Positions 9,180-19,757 of a DNA stretch of 64,000 nt are shown here, one piece after another. Within the stretch, counting starts at the first letter, position 1. Every line of letters starts with the position of its first letter. The notes beneath the pieces were generated by a model. That model ran no database searches and had not been told where the DNA came from. It was given only the letters and a program-made list of their open reading frames with translations. The translations under genes and the position numbers were made by a program. Source of the DNA: Candidatus Moraniibacteriota bacterium (GTDB lineage: Bacteria; Patescibacteriota; Minisyncoccia; Moranbacterales; UBA1568); contig JAAXTX010000003.1 of the NCBI GenBank assembly GCA_013336285.1, positions 3,448-67,447 of the forward strand. The letters are read 5' to 3'.

Positions 9180-10970
9180 TCAATTACCGACATCATCATC
9201 TCTTGCGTCGTTATTGGTGTCATTATGTCTGTTCCACCATTCGCTCCATGTATATCTCGGAAGTGCCGACGGGTTATCCTTCACCTTTCCGGATTCGAAC
9301 ACTTGTCGTCTCGCCTGTATGAATTCCGGCTTCGGTCGGAATTCTATCATGGTAAGCGTCCCGAAAGAGCGTGTCCCGATGAGATCATATTTCTCCAGAT
9401 ATTTTTTCGTTCCGTCGTCCAGATCGGACTTTGAACGGAGAATTGTGAGATATATACCTTCCTCATACAAACCATCCATACCGAATACCCCGTTCTCTAC
9501 CCCGGAACGTTCCAACAGATACTTGAGCGCTCGCCTATACTCCGGCTCACTCCACATGTATATAGGGTACCCGTTCTCTTCCGAGCGCTCCTTGAGATAT
9601 GCGACGATCATTTCCTGCAATTTGAGCGGTACACGGACGCGTTCCTTTAAAATGCGGTCCGACGGACTTTTCACAGCTTCGTACGGCGCCTTGGCAAGCT
9701 GGTCGAATCTTCTGTTCACGAAGAATAGATTGGAAGCAGCGAGAAGCATGATACCGACCACTGTTCCGAATATGACCGCTCGTTTCCAAGGAAGAAGCCT
9801 TTGAGCGGTTTCAAAAAGAAACCCGAGAAATAGAAACGGTACAGGTGCCGTGACCAGGAAAAATCGCGGCGCTATTCCGTACGAAAGAGGCAAATAGAGA
9901 ACGAAGGGGATAAGAAACCACAGTCCGGAAAGGAGGAGTAGGTCGGCTTTCCTCCGGTTACGCTCTTTCCACCAAAGAAATCCGAGCGAAAGAACGCCGA
10001 GAGTGAAAATTAAAATGGAACCAATCGCATACGGCCAACCATGCCGACAACCCGGATCGCATTCAGCTACCAGTCCGTCCGATCCGTTTTTGAACGTGAA
10101 AAAGTCACCGCCTTCGTATCCCGTCGACACGACCAGAAAACCGAGCCCGTGTTCGGAAATATCCTTTACGAGTTTCGCGGACATCGAATGTTCCCCTTTT
10201 GATGATTTGTTCGTGACCGCGGAAATAAACGCCTTCGAATTCACGCCACCGGTCACCATCTCGTTCAATGCGACAGGGACATATAACAGCATGACGATAC
10301 CTGCCGCCAGCAACCAGACTTTCGCCGTAAAACGAGGTCTTCGAATCAACAGGAATGCGAGCGTAATGGCCGGAAGGGCCACAAAAGCAAGGAAGTGCAG
10401 ATGCGTGGAGAATCCGATAGCGGACGCGGCAATTAAAAACCAGCGGCCGGCGTGTTTCGCCTCCGGTTCCACTGAACGCAAAAGTGCGTAAAATCCGAGT
10501 ATAGCGAAAAAAGGAAGCGGGTTCGGATTCCAGGCAAATCGCCCATACATGACGAGAAACGTAGAGACGGAGAACAGCGACGTAAGACCGAGAGAAAGCC
10601 ATTCCGAAAAATACCGACGCGAGAGCAGAAAAAAAAGACCGATCGCCGCGACGGAGAGAATCGGAATGAAGAAAGCCATTCCGACCGGAGTCGCCCCGAA
10701 AAGGAGTCCGCTCAGATATTGCAGGTAATAAAATCCGGGACCAAGCCGAAGGGATGTCCCGCCCGCCTTCATGCCGAGCAGCGTAAGTTCCCCCGGCCCA
10801 CCAAAGAGGGCATCATTCACGACACGGGCATCCCTCGACTGATCGAGTTCGAAATGCATCCAGTCATGAAAATGATAAAAACGAAGAAACGTTCCGATCA
10901 GGATGACAAGAATGAGCCCTAAAATGGCCAATTTTGACGTATTGGTGGCTGCTTTCTTTTCCTGTGACAT
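9180..10970 (-). CDS. GT-C fold membrane glycosyltransferase, ArnT/PMT-like, paralog B.
   Basis: TM1 is followed by HFELDQSRDARVVNDALF. The TM-rich N-terminal half and soluble C-terminal domain match the ArnT/PMT architecture. Confidence 0.62.
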   Translation of the reverse strand: MSQEKKAATNTSKLAILGLILVILIGTFLRFYHFHDWMHFELDQSRDARVVNDALFGGPGELTLLGMKAGGTSLRLGPGFYYLQYLSGLLFGATPVGMAFFIPILSVAAIGLFFLLSRRYFSEWLSLGLTSLFSVSTFLVMYGRFAWNPNPLPFFAILGFYALLRSVEPEAKHAGRWFLIAASAIGFSTHLHFLAFVALPAITLAFLLIRRPRFTAKVWLLAAGIVMLLYVPVALNEMVTGGVNSKAFISAVTNKSSKGEHSMSAKLVKDISEHGLGFLVVSTGYEGGDFFTFKNGSDGLVAECDPGCRHGWPYAIGSILIFTLGVLSLGFLWWKERNRRKADLLLLSGLWFLIPFVLYLPLSYGIAPRFFLVTAPVPFLFLGFLFETAQRLLPWKRAVIFGTVVGIMLLAASNLFFVNRRFDQLAKAPYEAVKSPSDRILKERVRVPLKLQEMIVAYLKERSEENGYPIYMWSEPEYRRALKYLLERSGVENGVFGMDGLYEEGIYLTILRSKSDLDDGTKKYLEKYDLIGTRSFGTLTMIEFRPKPEFIQARRQVFESGKVKDNPSALPRYTWSEWWNRHNDTNNDARDDDVGN

Positions 10971-11061
10971 TGTGGTACCGTATCGGATATGGAGGGCTAT
11001 TTACGGTCGGTTTTTCCTAAGAATTTTACCGCTTTCCACGAAAGAAAGCAATCGAAAACCT

Positions 11062-13326
11062 ATGTGGTTTTTTAATACGACTGATCGCAAGGAAGCTATT
11101 TCTCTGACAATTCTCGCCGTACTGTTCAACATCACCTCTTTCCTCTTCATCCTTAAATTCTTTCCACAAGCCCAACGCCTCGGGCTCATTCTCCCACGAA
11201 CCTTCTTCATAATTTCACTTCCCATTTCCGTCACTTTACTGTTCGGAGGGGTCTTCTATTTCAATCCCTTCCGATGCGTTTCTGATTGGTCATCCAAACT
11301 ACTCCTCTTTATTTTTCCGTCGGCTTTCATGTTCTTGATCGGTTGGCGTCTCGGTGAAAACGTTTCTAATTCGGTAAAACTGTTCGTTTCCTTCTATGTA
11401 TTTTTCATAAGTTCATATTATTTCACAAGGCTCACAATCAGAAAAAAAGAGTCCCTGCATTCGCCAGAAGTATACGAACCTTCGGTTTTCCAATGGATTC
11501 GCAAGCAGGGATGGCGAAGGATTTTGGCCGTTGTAGCCCTCACTGCCGTTTTTTTCATATTCGCCGTACGCGATCTCGGTTCCTACGCCGCAGTAGATGA
11601 AGCCCTCTGGCTCTATGACAGGATTCCGAAATTCTGGAATGCCGTATCCGATCTCAAGCCGGAAAAAACAGGCATAAGCGACAAGCCGGGTATCACCGTC
11701 GCCCTGGCAAGTGGATCAGGACTGTTCTATGAGGCCAATCCGAAGTCATGGAAGAGTGTCCGTGGAAGCGCATTCGATATTCCGGGGTTTTTCAGCACGT
11801 TCCGACTTCCGCTGGTCATCTTAGTCACCGTTCTCCTGCCTATTTTCTACTATCTCCTCGAACGACTTTCCGGAAAGACATCAGCCTTGTTTGCTTATTC
11901 GTTCATCTCTCTCTCGCCTGTCACGATCGGCATGGCAAAGATCATCAACCCCGATTCTCTCCTTTGGGTCTTTGCGCCACTCTCACTTTTTGCCTATTTG
12001 ACTTACATCAAGCGAAAACATCTCGGATTCCTCTTCCTATCGGGTGTCTTGCTCGGACTCGCGCTCCTCACGAAATACGTCGCCAATTTCCTGTTCATAT
12101 TCATGCTCGGCGCCATATTCCTCGAATATGCACTCCGAAGCGAGGAGGAACCCTTCCTCCCCTATCTCAAACGCTCACTCACGGCATACGCACTCTGGAC
12201 CGCTACGGCTCTCTTAACTTTTTTTCTTCTCTTTCCCAACATGTGGGTCAAACCGTGGAAAATACTCGACGCCACAATCTTTTCCCAAGCATTCGAAAAG
12301 GTCGCCTATCTCTTCATCGCCTTGTTCATAACCATACTCGTTGATAGTTTTCTGAACCGTTCCCGATTCGCCGAAGCGACCGCCGGGTTCCTGAAATCTC
12401 AGTACCGTCTTGTCGTCGGTCTGATTTGTGCTACATGGTTATTGCTCCTTATCACTGTCTGTGGGGATACTTGGGCAGATATGAAGCCGTATGACTTCAT
12501 GGATATCCTTGCCGCCCCGAAAACCATCATCAGCAGGGCTACCGTTATCGGCGTCTACATCTCTAATGCGTATCCACTTATTTTCGGCGTGACCCCCATC
12601 GTATTCGTGCTGCTTCTTGCCACTCCCTTCGTCGCGACCAAAGGACGGAATATCAGATCCGCTGCCGGAAAGTCCATGCTATTAGGAATACTGTTCATCA
12701 TGCTCTACTATGTGGCAACCTCGGTCAATAAGGTCGGCGCCATTACCCGCTATCAGATCATGCTCTTTCCGATCGCAGGTGCGGTCGCGGGGATCACGCT
12801 CGGGCTCATCGTGAAGTCTGTCGGTAATCCGTCTTCCGGGAATCGAAAGTGGACGAGATATCTCGTACCGACGATTTTTTCAATACTGGTCATTTCCGGG
12901 TTCATCACGCTCGCACGGACGCCTTTCCCCCTAAGCTACGCTTCGGCGCTCCTGCCGAACCGCTACAATCTCGACGTCAAGGATATGGGTCCTGGGAGCT
13001 ACGAGGCAGCTCAATACCTGAATTCGCTTCCGAATTCGAATGGCCTGCTGATCTGGACCGACAAAAGCGGGGTATGCAAATTTTTCAACGGAGGATGCAA
13101 AAGCAGTTTCGACTGGACCAACTACCAGAATCTTCCCTTTGACTATGTCGTCGTCTCTTCCGGGCGTGAAAGCCGCACCGACAAACGCATTATCGGAGCG
13201 ATCAACGGCGGACGGAACGATGCCATACGCTTCGACGAATATTATGGGATGACTGACCCGGTCTGGGAACTCCTCATCAACGGACGCCAGTCACATTATG
13301 TAAGGATCTATCGGTTCAAACGCTGA
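11062..13326 (+). CDS. GT-C fold membrane glycosyltransferase, ArnT/PMT-like, paralog C. Start placed at the first ATG that does not overlap the divergent gene; the longest ORF begins at 10903.
   Basis: Carries the VDEALWLYDRIPKF acidic loop motif. Its C-terminal domain is clearly homologous to paralog D (YEAAQYLNSLPNSNGLLIWTDKSGVCKFFNGGC versus YEAVQYLNSLPDADHLTVWSDYYGVCEFFRGNC). Confidence 0.6.
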   Translation: MWFFNTTDRKEAISLTILAVLFNITSFLFILKFFPQAQRLGLILPRTFFIISLPISVTLLFGGVFYFNPFRCVSDWSSKLLLFIFPSAFMFLIGWRLGENVSNSVKLFVSFYVFFISSYYFTRLTIRKKESLHSPEVYEPSVFQWIRKQGWRRILAVVALTAVFFIFAVRDLGSYAAVDEALWLYDRIPKFWNAVSDLKPEKTGISDKPGITVALASGSGLFYEANPKSWKSVRGSAFDIPGFFSTFRLPLVILVTVLLPIFYYLLERLSGKTSALFAYSFISLSPVTIGMAKIINPDSLLWVFAPLSLFAYLTYIKRKHLGFLFLSGVLLGLALLTKYVANFLFIFMLGAIFLEYALRSEEEPFLPYLKRSLTAYALWTATALLTFFLLFPNMWVKPWKILDATIFSQAFEKVAYLFIALFITILVDSFLNRSRFAEATAGFLKSQYRLVVGLICATWLLLLITVCGDTWADMKPYDFMDILAAPKTIISRATVIGVYISNAYPLIFGVTPIVFVLLLATPFVATKGRNIRSAAGKSMLLGILFIMLYYVATSVNKVGAITRYQIMLFPIAGAVAGITLGLIVKSVGNPSSGNRKWTRYLVPTIFSILVISGFITLARTPFPLSYASALLPNRYNLDVKDMGPGSYEAAQYLNSLPNSNGLLIWTDKSGVCKFFNGGCKSSFDWTNYQNLPFDYVVVSSGRESRTDKRIIGAINGGRNDAIRFDEYYGMTDPVWELLINGRQSHYVRIYRFKR

Positions 13327-13333
13327 CCTGCCT

Positions 13334-15202
13334 ATGAAGAAGCCGCTGAGAATACACGAGCATGTCGCGACCACCCTCCTTGCCGGCATTATTCTAGTCT
13401 CTCACCTCGCTCTCGGGATCCCTCACATCGGATCCTTCATCACGGCGGACGAGCATTATTGGGTCGAAGAGCGCATCCCGGACTACTTCGATGCCTGGGC
13501 AAGGCTCAAATGGAAGAAGACCCTCATAAACGACAAGCCTGGCGTCTCGCTTGCACTCGTTTCCGGTCCGGCACTCCTCTTCCATCCCGGAGGGATCCTC
13601 AGCTGCCGGACCGTGGAAGGACATACGTCTACCTGCGACCCCGCGGTCACTTCATCCCTCTATGCGTCGTTCCGGTTCCCGATTCTCGTCACGAACGCTC
13701 TGATGCTCGTCGCGATATTCTTCGCAATCCGCGCCTTTTCCGGTACGGCTGTCGCGTTCATGACGGCGATATTCGCTGCCGTCTCGCCCCAGCTCGTCGG
13801 TATGTCGCAGATCGTCAATCCGGATTCGCTGCTTTGGTCCTCGGGCGCGCTTGCGATCTTTTCGATGGCCGCTTTTCTGACGACTCTCAGGAAACGGCAT
13901 CTCATCACCGCTATCCTCTCACTCTGTTTGGCGCTCCTTTCCAAATACGTCGCGCTCATCATCATCCTGTTCCTTCCCGCGCTCCTGCTCGGCATCCATC
14001 TGTCCGACGAAGATTCAGAAAAGGTCGGACGACGCCTCCAGAGATTCCTGGGAACGGTCCTTACCTCGTTCGTCCCGCTTACGATATTCGTCCTCGCCGC
14101 ACCGGGAGTCCTCTCGTCGGACGAACGCATCATCGCGTTCCTTTCCGCCGATACCGGAAACATCTTCCTTCCCTGGGGCGCTTTCGCCGCATCCCTCGCT
14201 GTCACCGCTACGGTCATGTTCGCGAGAATTCCGAAACGTGTCGTCAGAAGGCTCGACCTGACGTTCCGCTGGTTGTTGGCAGCAACCGGAGTCATCCTCG
14301 TTTTATCCATCATGACGCTCATAGTCGCCCGATTGACTGCTCCGTCCTGGGACTACGAGATCTTCCGCCGCATTCCGTTCGACATTAAGAATATCTCCGA
14401 CGCGAAATACTATACCGATAAACGACTCACTCCGACCGATGTAGCGGCTTTGGAATTCTCACCGTTCGTCTACTCGCTTCCGGCCGCCGTGCTGATTCTC
14501 GGTACAGCCGCCCTGTTTAACCGTTCCTTGCGGGTCATGCGTGACAGAACGTCCGTCATTCCCCTTCTCATGGCACTCTTCATCGCGATAGAACTGGCAG
14601 CCTTCGCCGGATCGGGCATACGAACCACGCCGAGATACGTCCTCCTGACCCTTCCGATATTCTGCTTTCCGGCAGCCGATACGGCGGTCCGGATCGGTAG
14701 AGCGCTGCGCGGCCGTCTTCCGGAGCGATTGCGTTCCTTCACGCTCCCGGCCATCATCACACTCTCCGTCTTCGCTTCCCTTTCCGAGTTCGGAGGTAAC
14801 GCTCCATTCCATGCGAATTTCGCCAACGCGCTCCTTCCGAAGGACGACCTCACCGCGCATGCGTGGGGATACGGCGGATATGAGGCCGTACAATACCTCA
14901 ACTCGCTTCCCGATGCGGACCATCTCACCGTCTGGAGCGATTACTACGGTGTCTGCGAGTTCTTCCGCGGAAACTGTCTCACGAACTACACTTTCGACAA
15001 GGAAGTGACACGCCCCGATTACTACGTCCTCACCCGTCGCGGCATGTTCCGATATCTACCCCGATACGACGATTGGGAGCAGAAATCCGGCCTGACCGCC
15101 TACCGATACTACGACTCGGCCGATCCCGCCTGGGAACTCGATGTCACCGGAAAGAAAGATAATTTCGTGAAGGTAATCCAGGTAAAAGACGATACGCTAT
15201 GA
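13334..15202 (+). CDS. GT-C fold membrane glycosyltransferase, ArnT/PMT-like, paralog D.
   Basis: Carries the ADEHYWVEERIPDYF motif and is a tandem paralog of the upstream gene. Confidence 0.65.
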   Translation: MKKPLRIHEHVATTLLAGIILVSHLALGIPHIGSFITADEHYWVEERIPDYFDAWARLKWKKTLINDKPGVSLALVSGPALLFHPGGILSCRTVEGHTSTCDPAVTSSLYASFRFPILVTNALMLVAIFFAIRAFSGTAVAFMTAIFAAVSPQLVGMSQIVNPDSLLWSSGALAIFSMAAFLTTLRKRHLITAILSLCLALLSKYVALIIILFLPALLLGIHLSDEDSEKVGRRLQRFLGTVLTSFVPLTIFVLAAPGVLSSDERIIAFLSADTGNIFLPWGAFAASLAVTATVMFARIPKRVVRRLDLTFRWLLAATGVILVLSIMTLIVARLTAPSWDYEIFRRIPFDIKNISDAKYYTDKRLTPTDVAALEFSPFVYSLPAAVLILGTAALFNRSLRVMRDRTSVIPLLMALFIAIELAAFAGSGIRTTPRYVLLTLPIFCFPAADTAVRIGRALRGRLPERLRSFTLPAIITLSVFASLSEFGGNAPFHANFANALLPKDDLTAHAWGYGGYEAVQYLNSLPDADHLTVWSDYYGVCEFFRGNCLTNYTFDKEVTRPDYYVLTRRGMFRYLPRYDDWEQKSGLTAYRYYDSADPAWELDVTGKKDNFVKVIQVKDDTL

Positions 15203-16236
15203 ACCGAAAGCCGTCCTCCCCGAGAAACGGCGGTCCGTTTTCGACAATATCCGTTTCCGTATCCGTCCTCGCCGGCATTACGCTGGCTTCGGCCGCGTTT
15301 GTCCTTCCGGCGTTCTTTCGCCTGGAAACGAAGGTACCGGATCCTGTACCGATTGAGAAACCGAATCCGTTCCGTATCGGTATCGTGACTGACATACACG
15401 GACAGACCGGCAAGCAGTACAGCTCCAAGTTCATGGATCCGGATAAGATCATGCGCCCTCTGTATCGCTTCGAGGGGTATATGCAGGATGTCTTCCGTCC
15501 CGACCTGATCGTGGAGGACGGAGACTTCGTCGAGGGTTCGAACCGTGCCGGCGACAAGTCCGTTACGGACTTCACGTTCCTCCGGGATGAGCTCGACCGG
15601 ACCGGGTTTCCCGTACTCCACGTCATCGGGAACCATGACCGACGCGGGTTCGACGACTCCGAATGGAAGACGCTTACTGGCAACGATTCAACCTACTACT
15701 TCCGCGACGAGAGCGACATACGGATCGTCGTTCTCGACTATGACGACTCGAAAGTCGGCGATGAGTTGCCCGATGAAGACGCTTCGAAAACCACGGGTTC
15801 CAGTGGGAAATACTCGATATCCGAAAATCAGTTCGCCTGGATAGACCGCACGCTTGCGGACGCCGGAGGCCGCCGTGTCGTCGTCTTCACGCATGTCCCG
15901 GTAAACGAGAACGCGATTATGCCGGGAGCCTACGTCAACCCGTCGGAAGACCGTCGGAGGCTCCGCGATCTCTTCGCCGAATACGGCGTGAAAGCCGTGA
16001 TCTCGGGCCACGTCGAACTCTTCCGTTACGAGGAGGACCGCGGCGTCCGGTATTTCGTGCTCCCCGGATTCCATCGGAGTGAGGCGAAGAGCAAGCCTGA
16101 AAAATGGTTCGGGACCTACTCCGCGCTGACGATCACGGACCGGGCCGATATGCTTGTTCGATACGAAAAGGAATTCGGCGGAGCGTACGAAGAGGTCTGG
16201 GTGCCATCGGAAGCGTTCGACACGCTTCCCAAGTAA
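15199..16236 (+). CDS. Membrane-anchored metallophosphoesterase (calcineurin-like).
   Basis: Calcineurin-like phosphoesterase motifs IVTDIHGQ, EDGDFVE, VIGNHD, VFTHVP and ISGHVE follow an N-terminal TM helix. The gene overlaps the upstream stop in ATGA. Confidence 0.7.
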   Translation: MNRKPSSPRNGGPFSTISVSVSVLAGITLASAAFVLPAFFRLETKVPDPVPIEKPNPFRIGIVTDIHGQTGKQYSSKFMDPDKIMRPLYRFEGYMQDVFRPDLIVEDGDFVEGSNRAGDKSVTDFTFLRDELDRTGFPVLHVIGNHDRRGFDDSEWKTLTGNDSTYYFRDESDIRIVVLDYDDSKVGDELPDEDASKTTGSSGKYSISENQFAWIDRTLADAGGRRVVVFTHVPVNENAIMPGAYVNPSEDRRRLRDLFAEYGVKAVISGHVELFRYEEDRGVRYFVLPGFHRSEAKSKPEKWFGTYSALTITDRADMLVRYEKEFGGAYEEVWVPSEAFDTLPK

Positions 16237-16248
16237 TCTCCTTCCATC

Positions 16249-17193
16249 CTATCCGATATCGTATTCCCGCTTCTCCCGGAAGAATGCCGACGCCCCCATA
16301 AGACTGACGAGAATCTGCAAAAATCGTCCAAGGAGCGCTACCGCGAGCGCCGTTTCGGGTCGTATGCCGATAAGTGGCAGAAATGCGTAGTACGCCCATT
16401 CCTTAAGCCCGATATTGTTCACGGAAACAGGAAGACTGGAGATGATGCTTATCAGGAATACGACGGAAAAGTATGGGATGATCGGTACAGGTGAACCAAG
16501 CGCCCAGAATATCATCATATTGAAGAGCCCTACGCCTACGATCGTGAATATCGCGGAAACGACGAGCGTGTCCCGAAAAAATCTGAGGTCGGTATACCCT
16601 CCGATTTCACCGAATACGTTCCGTATCTTTTCCGGTAGAAAATCGAATGCCTCATGAAGGTGCCGTCGTGCATAGAAAAAGAACGCATCAACCAGGAGAA
16701 AGCCGAATAGGGATATTCCGAAAACGGCGAACAGGTTCTGCGAGAACACGTCCTTGTATCCGATAAGTCCGAATAGGAGAAACAGGATAATGGTCACGAA
16801 CAGACCCGTGAACCTGACGAACATGACCGATGAAAATGCTGCGGCATAGCGTTTTTCCGACTTCCCGAGAATGTAACTCTGATAGGCGTCCCCACCGATA
16901 AACGACGGAAGGAAATTGTTCAGAAAAAGTCCGGCATAGAAATGCTCCCGCGCACTCCGAAGACTCATCGAAAATCCTTTGAACTGCGCGGTCCGCCACC
17001 ACCTGTGTACGCAAAGTTCGATCCCGAACACGTAGAGCAACGCGGCTACAAGCAGGAACGGAACGGAGGCCTTTGAGAATTCTCCCCACATATCGGTCCA
17101 ATCGACCCGCCAGACGAGCAATCCGATCAAACCCGCGGCTACGGTCGATTTCGCCAGCAGTTGTAACGTATTCTTCGTTCCCGGTGATGACAT
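16249..17193 (-). CDS. Flippase-like UPF0104 family membrane protein (lysylphosphatidylglycerol-synthase-TM-like).
   Basis: Eight TM helices and the N-terminal pattern LLxxxVxxGLIGLLVWRVDW, typical of this family. Family members commonly sit beside polyprenyl-phosphate GT2 genes. Confidence 0.55.
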   Translation of the reverse strand: MSSPGTKNTLQLLAKSTVAAGLIGLLVWRVDWTDMWGEFSKASVPFLLVAALLYVFGIELCVHRWWRTAQFKGFSMSLRSAREHFYAGLFLNNFLPSFIGGDAYQSYILGKSEKRYAAAFSSVMFVRFTGLFVTIILFLLFGLIGYKDVFSQNLFAVFGISLFGFLLVDAFFFYARRHLHEAFDFLPEKIRNVFGEIGGYTDLRFFRDTLVVSAIFTIVGVGLFNMMIFWALGSPVPIIPYFSVVFLISIISSLPVSVNNIGLKEWAYYAFLPLIGIRPETALAVALLGRFLQILVSLMGASAFFREKREYDIG

Positions 17194-17264
17194 ATGGTCC
17201 CGATATCAGAGAAAAACACTAAGCGTCGAGGAGCCTCTCCTCACGGAGGGAGATATACGATCTT

Positions 17265-18413
17265 TCATTGCCGAATTGCCGCCAGTTCGTAATCATCTAC
17301 GTAAGATTTTGCCACGGTATACCAACTCATCGACTCTGCCCTGATTCGGCTCGCGGCACCCATACGTCTTCGAAGTTCCGGATCGGCAACAAGCTTACCC
17401 AGTTTATCAGCAAGATCATCCGCAGATCCGGTTTTCACGAAGAAACCGTTCTCCCCATCGGTCACCAGCTCTTGCGTCCCACCTGTCACGGTAGCGACCA
17501 CGGGCAATCCCGAGGCAATCGCCTCAAGCACCGTATTACTCATCCCCTCGTTGAGTGACGGGAGACAGAAGATATCGGATTCGCGATACACGCTTGGTAA
17601 ATCATCATGAGGAACCAGCCCGCGAAACTCTACCCGATCCGTTACACCCTTCTCCGCGGCGAGTGCCTCCAGATTCGAGCGTTCCCCCCCACCACCAACG
17701 ATAACAAGCCTGGTAACGATTGGAAGAGATGACATCGCATCAACCAGGAAGCGGATTCCTTTTCGTGGAGTGAGACGCGATACGACCAAAATCCTGACTA
17801 CCCCGTCATCCTTACGTTCACCGGAAGGAGTAAACTGCCCCGTGTCGACTCCGTTCGGAATAGCCGGAATCTCCCGTCGGGGATCCGTCCGATGAGCAAG
17901 TTCGGTCAGGCCCGAACTGTTGGATATGACCTTTACGGCACGATACCATATAAGCCTCACGACTGGACGGATAATCCCGTACATCAATTTGAAACGCTCG
18001 CTGTATCCGGGAACATCGGCGCCCCGAAGCGAGACGATGTACGGCAGACGGAATTCGATTCCGAGTATCATAGCCAAAAAACCGCAAGGAACGGTAAAAA
18101 AGGCGTGGATAAGATCAAAGTCACCCTCATCTCGTATCAACTTCCGCGAGAACAGCAGTGCCTTCCACGAGTATGTCAGAAGATCGGTCCTTGACTGGTA
18201 GTGCAGATTCTTCGGATCCTTGCCGATAGGCAGACGATGGACTATGACATCATCACTAACGGCCTCCCGAGAATAATTTCCGTCCACGGCAGCCGTCACA
18301 AGGTGTACCGAAAGACCGGCTATGCCGGCATACTCGCGAAGCAGGTACGCCGTCGCATTCCCCGCCCCTCCGCCGAGCGGCGGGTACTCGTAGTTGAGAA
18401 AAAGTACTTTCAT
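17265..18413 (-). CDS. GT4 family glycosyltransferase.
   Basis: MKVLFLNYEYPPLGGGAGN N-terminus, and the C-terminal GT-B motif EGMSNTVLEAIASGLPVVAT. Confidence 0.75.
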   Translation of the reverse strand: MKVLFLNYEYPPLGGGAGNATAYLLREYAGIAGLSVHLVTAAVDGNYSREAVSDDVIVHRLPIGKDPKNLHYQSRTDLLTYSWKALLFSRKLIRDEGDFDLIHAFFTVPCGFLAMILGIEFRLPYIVSLRGADVPGYSERFKLMYGIIRPVVRLIWYRAVKVISNSSGLTELAHRTDPRREIPAIPNGVDTGQFTPSGERKDDGVVRILVVSRLTPRKGIRFLVDAMSSLPIVTRLVIVGGGGERSNLEALAAEKGVTDRVEFRGLVPHDDLPSVYRESDIFCLPSLNEGMSNTVLEAIASGLPVVATVTGGTQELVTDGENGFFVKTGSADDLADKLGKLVADPELRRRMGAASRIRAESMSWYTVAKSYVDDYELAAIRQ

Positions 18414-18418
18414 ACTAT

Positions 18419-19744
18419 CTATCTCCCTATCGAATGGTATTCGAGACCGAGTCCGCTCATTTTCTTCGGCTCATACAGTAATCGACCGTCGAATATGACA
18501 GGCTGCTTCAACGCTTTCCTGATACGGTCAAAATCCGGTGTTCGGAATTCTTTCCATTCGGTTATGACGAGCATCGCATCGGCATCCGTAAGCGCCTCAT
18601 ATTTGTCCTCATAATATGTTATGGACGGATTGTCCCCGAAATATTCCGACGTCCTTGCCATCTTCATGGCTTCCGGGTCATGTGCCCGGATAGACGCTCC
18701 CTGTTCGATCAGAGCATTGATGATCGTGATCGCGGGAGATTCGCGCATGTCGTCCGTGCCGGCCTTGAAAGCAAGCCCCCAAACACCGAATGTCTTTCCC
18801 GACAGATCGTTTCCGAATTTCTCAGCGACCATCCGCACCAACACGAGTTTCTGCTTTTCATTGGTATCCAATGTCTGCTTGAGCATCAGGGCGTCGTATC
18901 CGAAATCACCGGCCGTCTTTACCAACGCTTTCACGTCCTTCGGAAAGCAAGAACCGCCGAAGCCGGCACTCGCATAGAGGAATGCCTCACCGATACGAGG
19001 ATCCGCACCCATTGCTTTTCGAACATTTTCATAGTCAGCACCGGCTTTCGAACAGATATTAGCCAGTTCGTTCGATGCCGAAATCTTCACCGCCAAGAAG
19101 CAATTCGAGGCGTATTTTACTATTTCCGCCGTTTTCGCGTCCATCGAAAAAAATCTCCCCTCCCGGCGCGTAAACGGTGCGTATAGTTCCCTCATAGTCT
19201 CGACCGCTTTCCGGTTGTCGGAACCGACGACGATCCGGCTCGGTTCCAGAAAATCTTTCACGGCCGTACCCTGTGCCAAGAACTCGGGATTGCTCACCAC
19301 ATGGAACGGGATATCGACACCGCGCGACTTCAGCTGCTCGGCGATCTTGTCCGAGACCTGCTGTGCGGTCCCGACCGGCACGGTCGATTTGTCCACTACG
19401 ATGATCTCGTGATCCATGAATCGTCCGAGATCCGACGCCACTCCCAATACATGACTCAGATCGGCGCTTCCATCCTCATTCGGGGGAGTCCCGACGGCGA
19501 TGAAAATAATATCGCTTTTTTTGAGCGCGTCTTCGAAATCGGTCGTAAACGAAAGTGTCTTGTTTTTCAGGCTCCGAAGGACGAGTTCGTCAAGGCCCTT
19601 TTCATGAAGCGGTGCTCTTCCGGATTCGAACTGGGCGATCTTGTTGGGATCCTTATCGACACATATGACCGTATTGCCCATCTCCGCAAAGCATGCGCCC
19701 GTCACCGAACCCACATAGCCCGTCCCGATCACTGCGATTTTCAT
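18419..19744 (-). CDS. ugd: UDP-glucose 6-dehydrogenase.
   Basis: MKIAVIGTGYVGSVTGACFAEMG Rossmann N-terminus, catalytic GGSCFPKD, and overall UDPG/GDP-mannose dehydrogenase architecture at 441 aa. Confidence 0.85.
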   Translation of the reverse strand: MKIAVIGTGYVGSVTGACFAEMGNTVICVDKDPNKIAQFESGRAPLHEKGLDELVLRSLKNKTLSFTTDFEDALKKSDIIFIAVGTPPNEDGSADLSHVLGVASDLGRFMDHEIIVVDKSTVPVGTAQQVSDKIAEQLKSRGVDIPFHVVSNPEFLAQGTAVKDFLEPSRIVVGSDNRKAVETMRELYAPFTRREGRFFSMDAKTAEIVKYASNCFLAVKISASNELANICSKAGADYENVRKAMGADPRIGEAFLYASAGFGGSCFPKDVKALVKTAGDFGYDALMLKQTLDTNEKQKLVLVRMVAEKFGNDLSGKTFGVWGLAFKAGTDDMRESPAITIINALIEQGASIRAHDPEAMKMARTSEYFGDNPSITYYEDKYEALTDADAMLVITEWKEFRTPDFDRIRKALKQPVIFDGRLLYEPKKMSGLGLEYHSIGR

Positions 19745-19757
19745 AGGTATGAGCTCT

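Noticed and set aside
9285-9305. tRNA T-loop-like ggattcgaac motif.
   Set aside because: It lies inside the well-supported GT-C paralog B coding sequence. No acceptor or anticodon arms were found around it.
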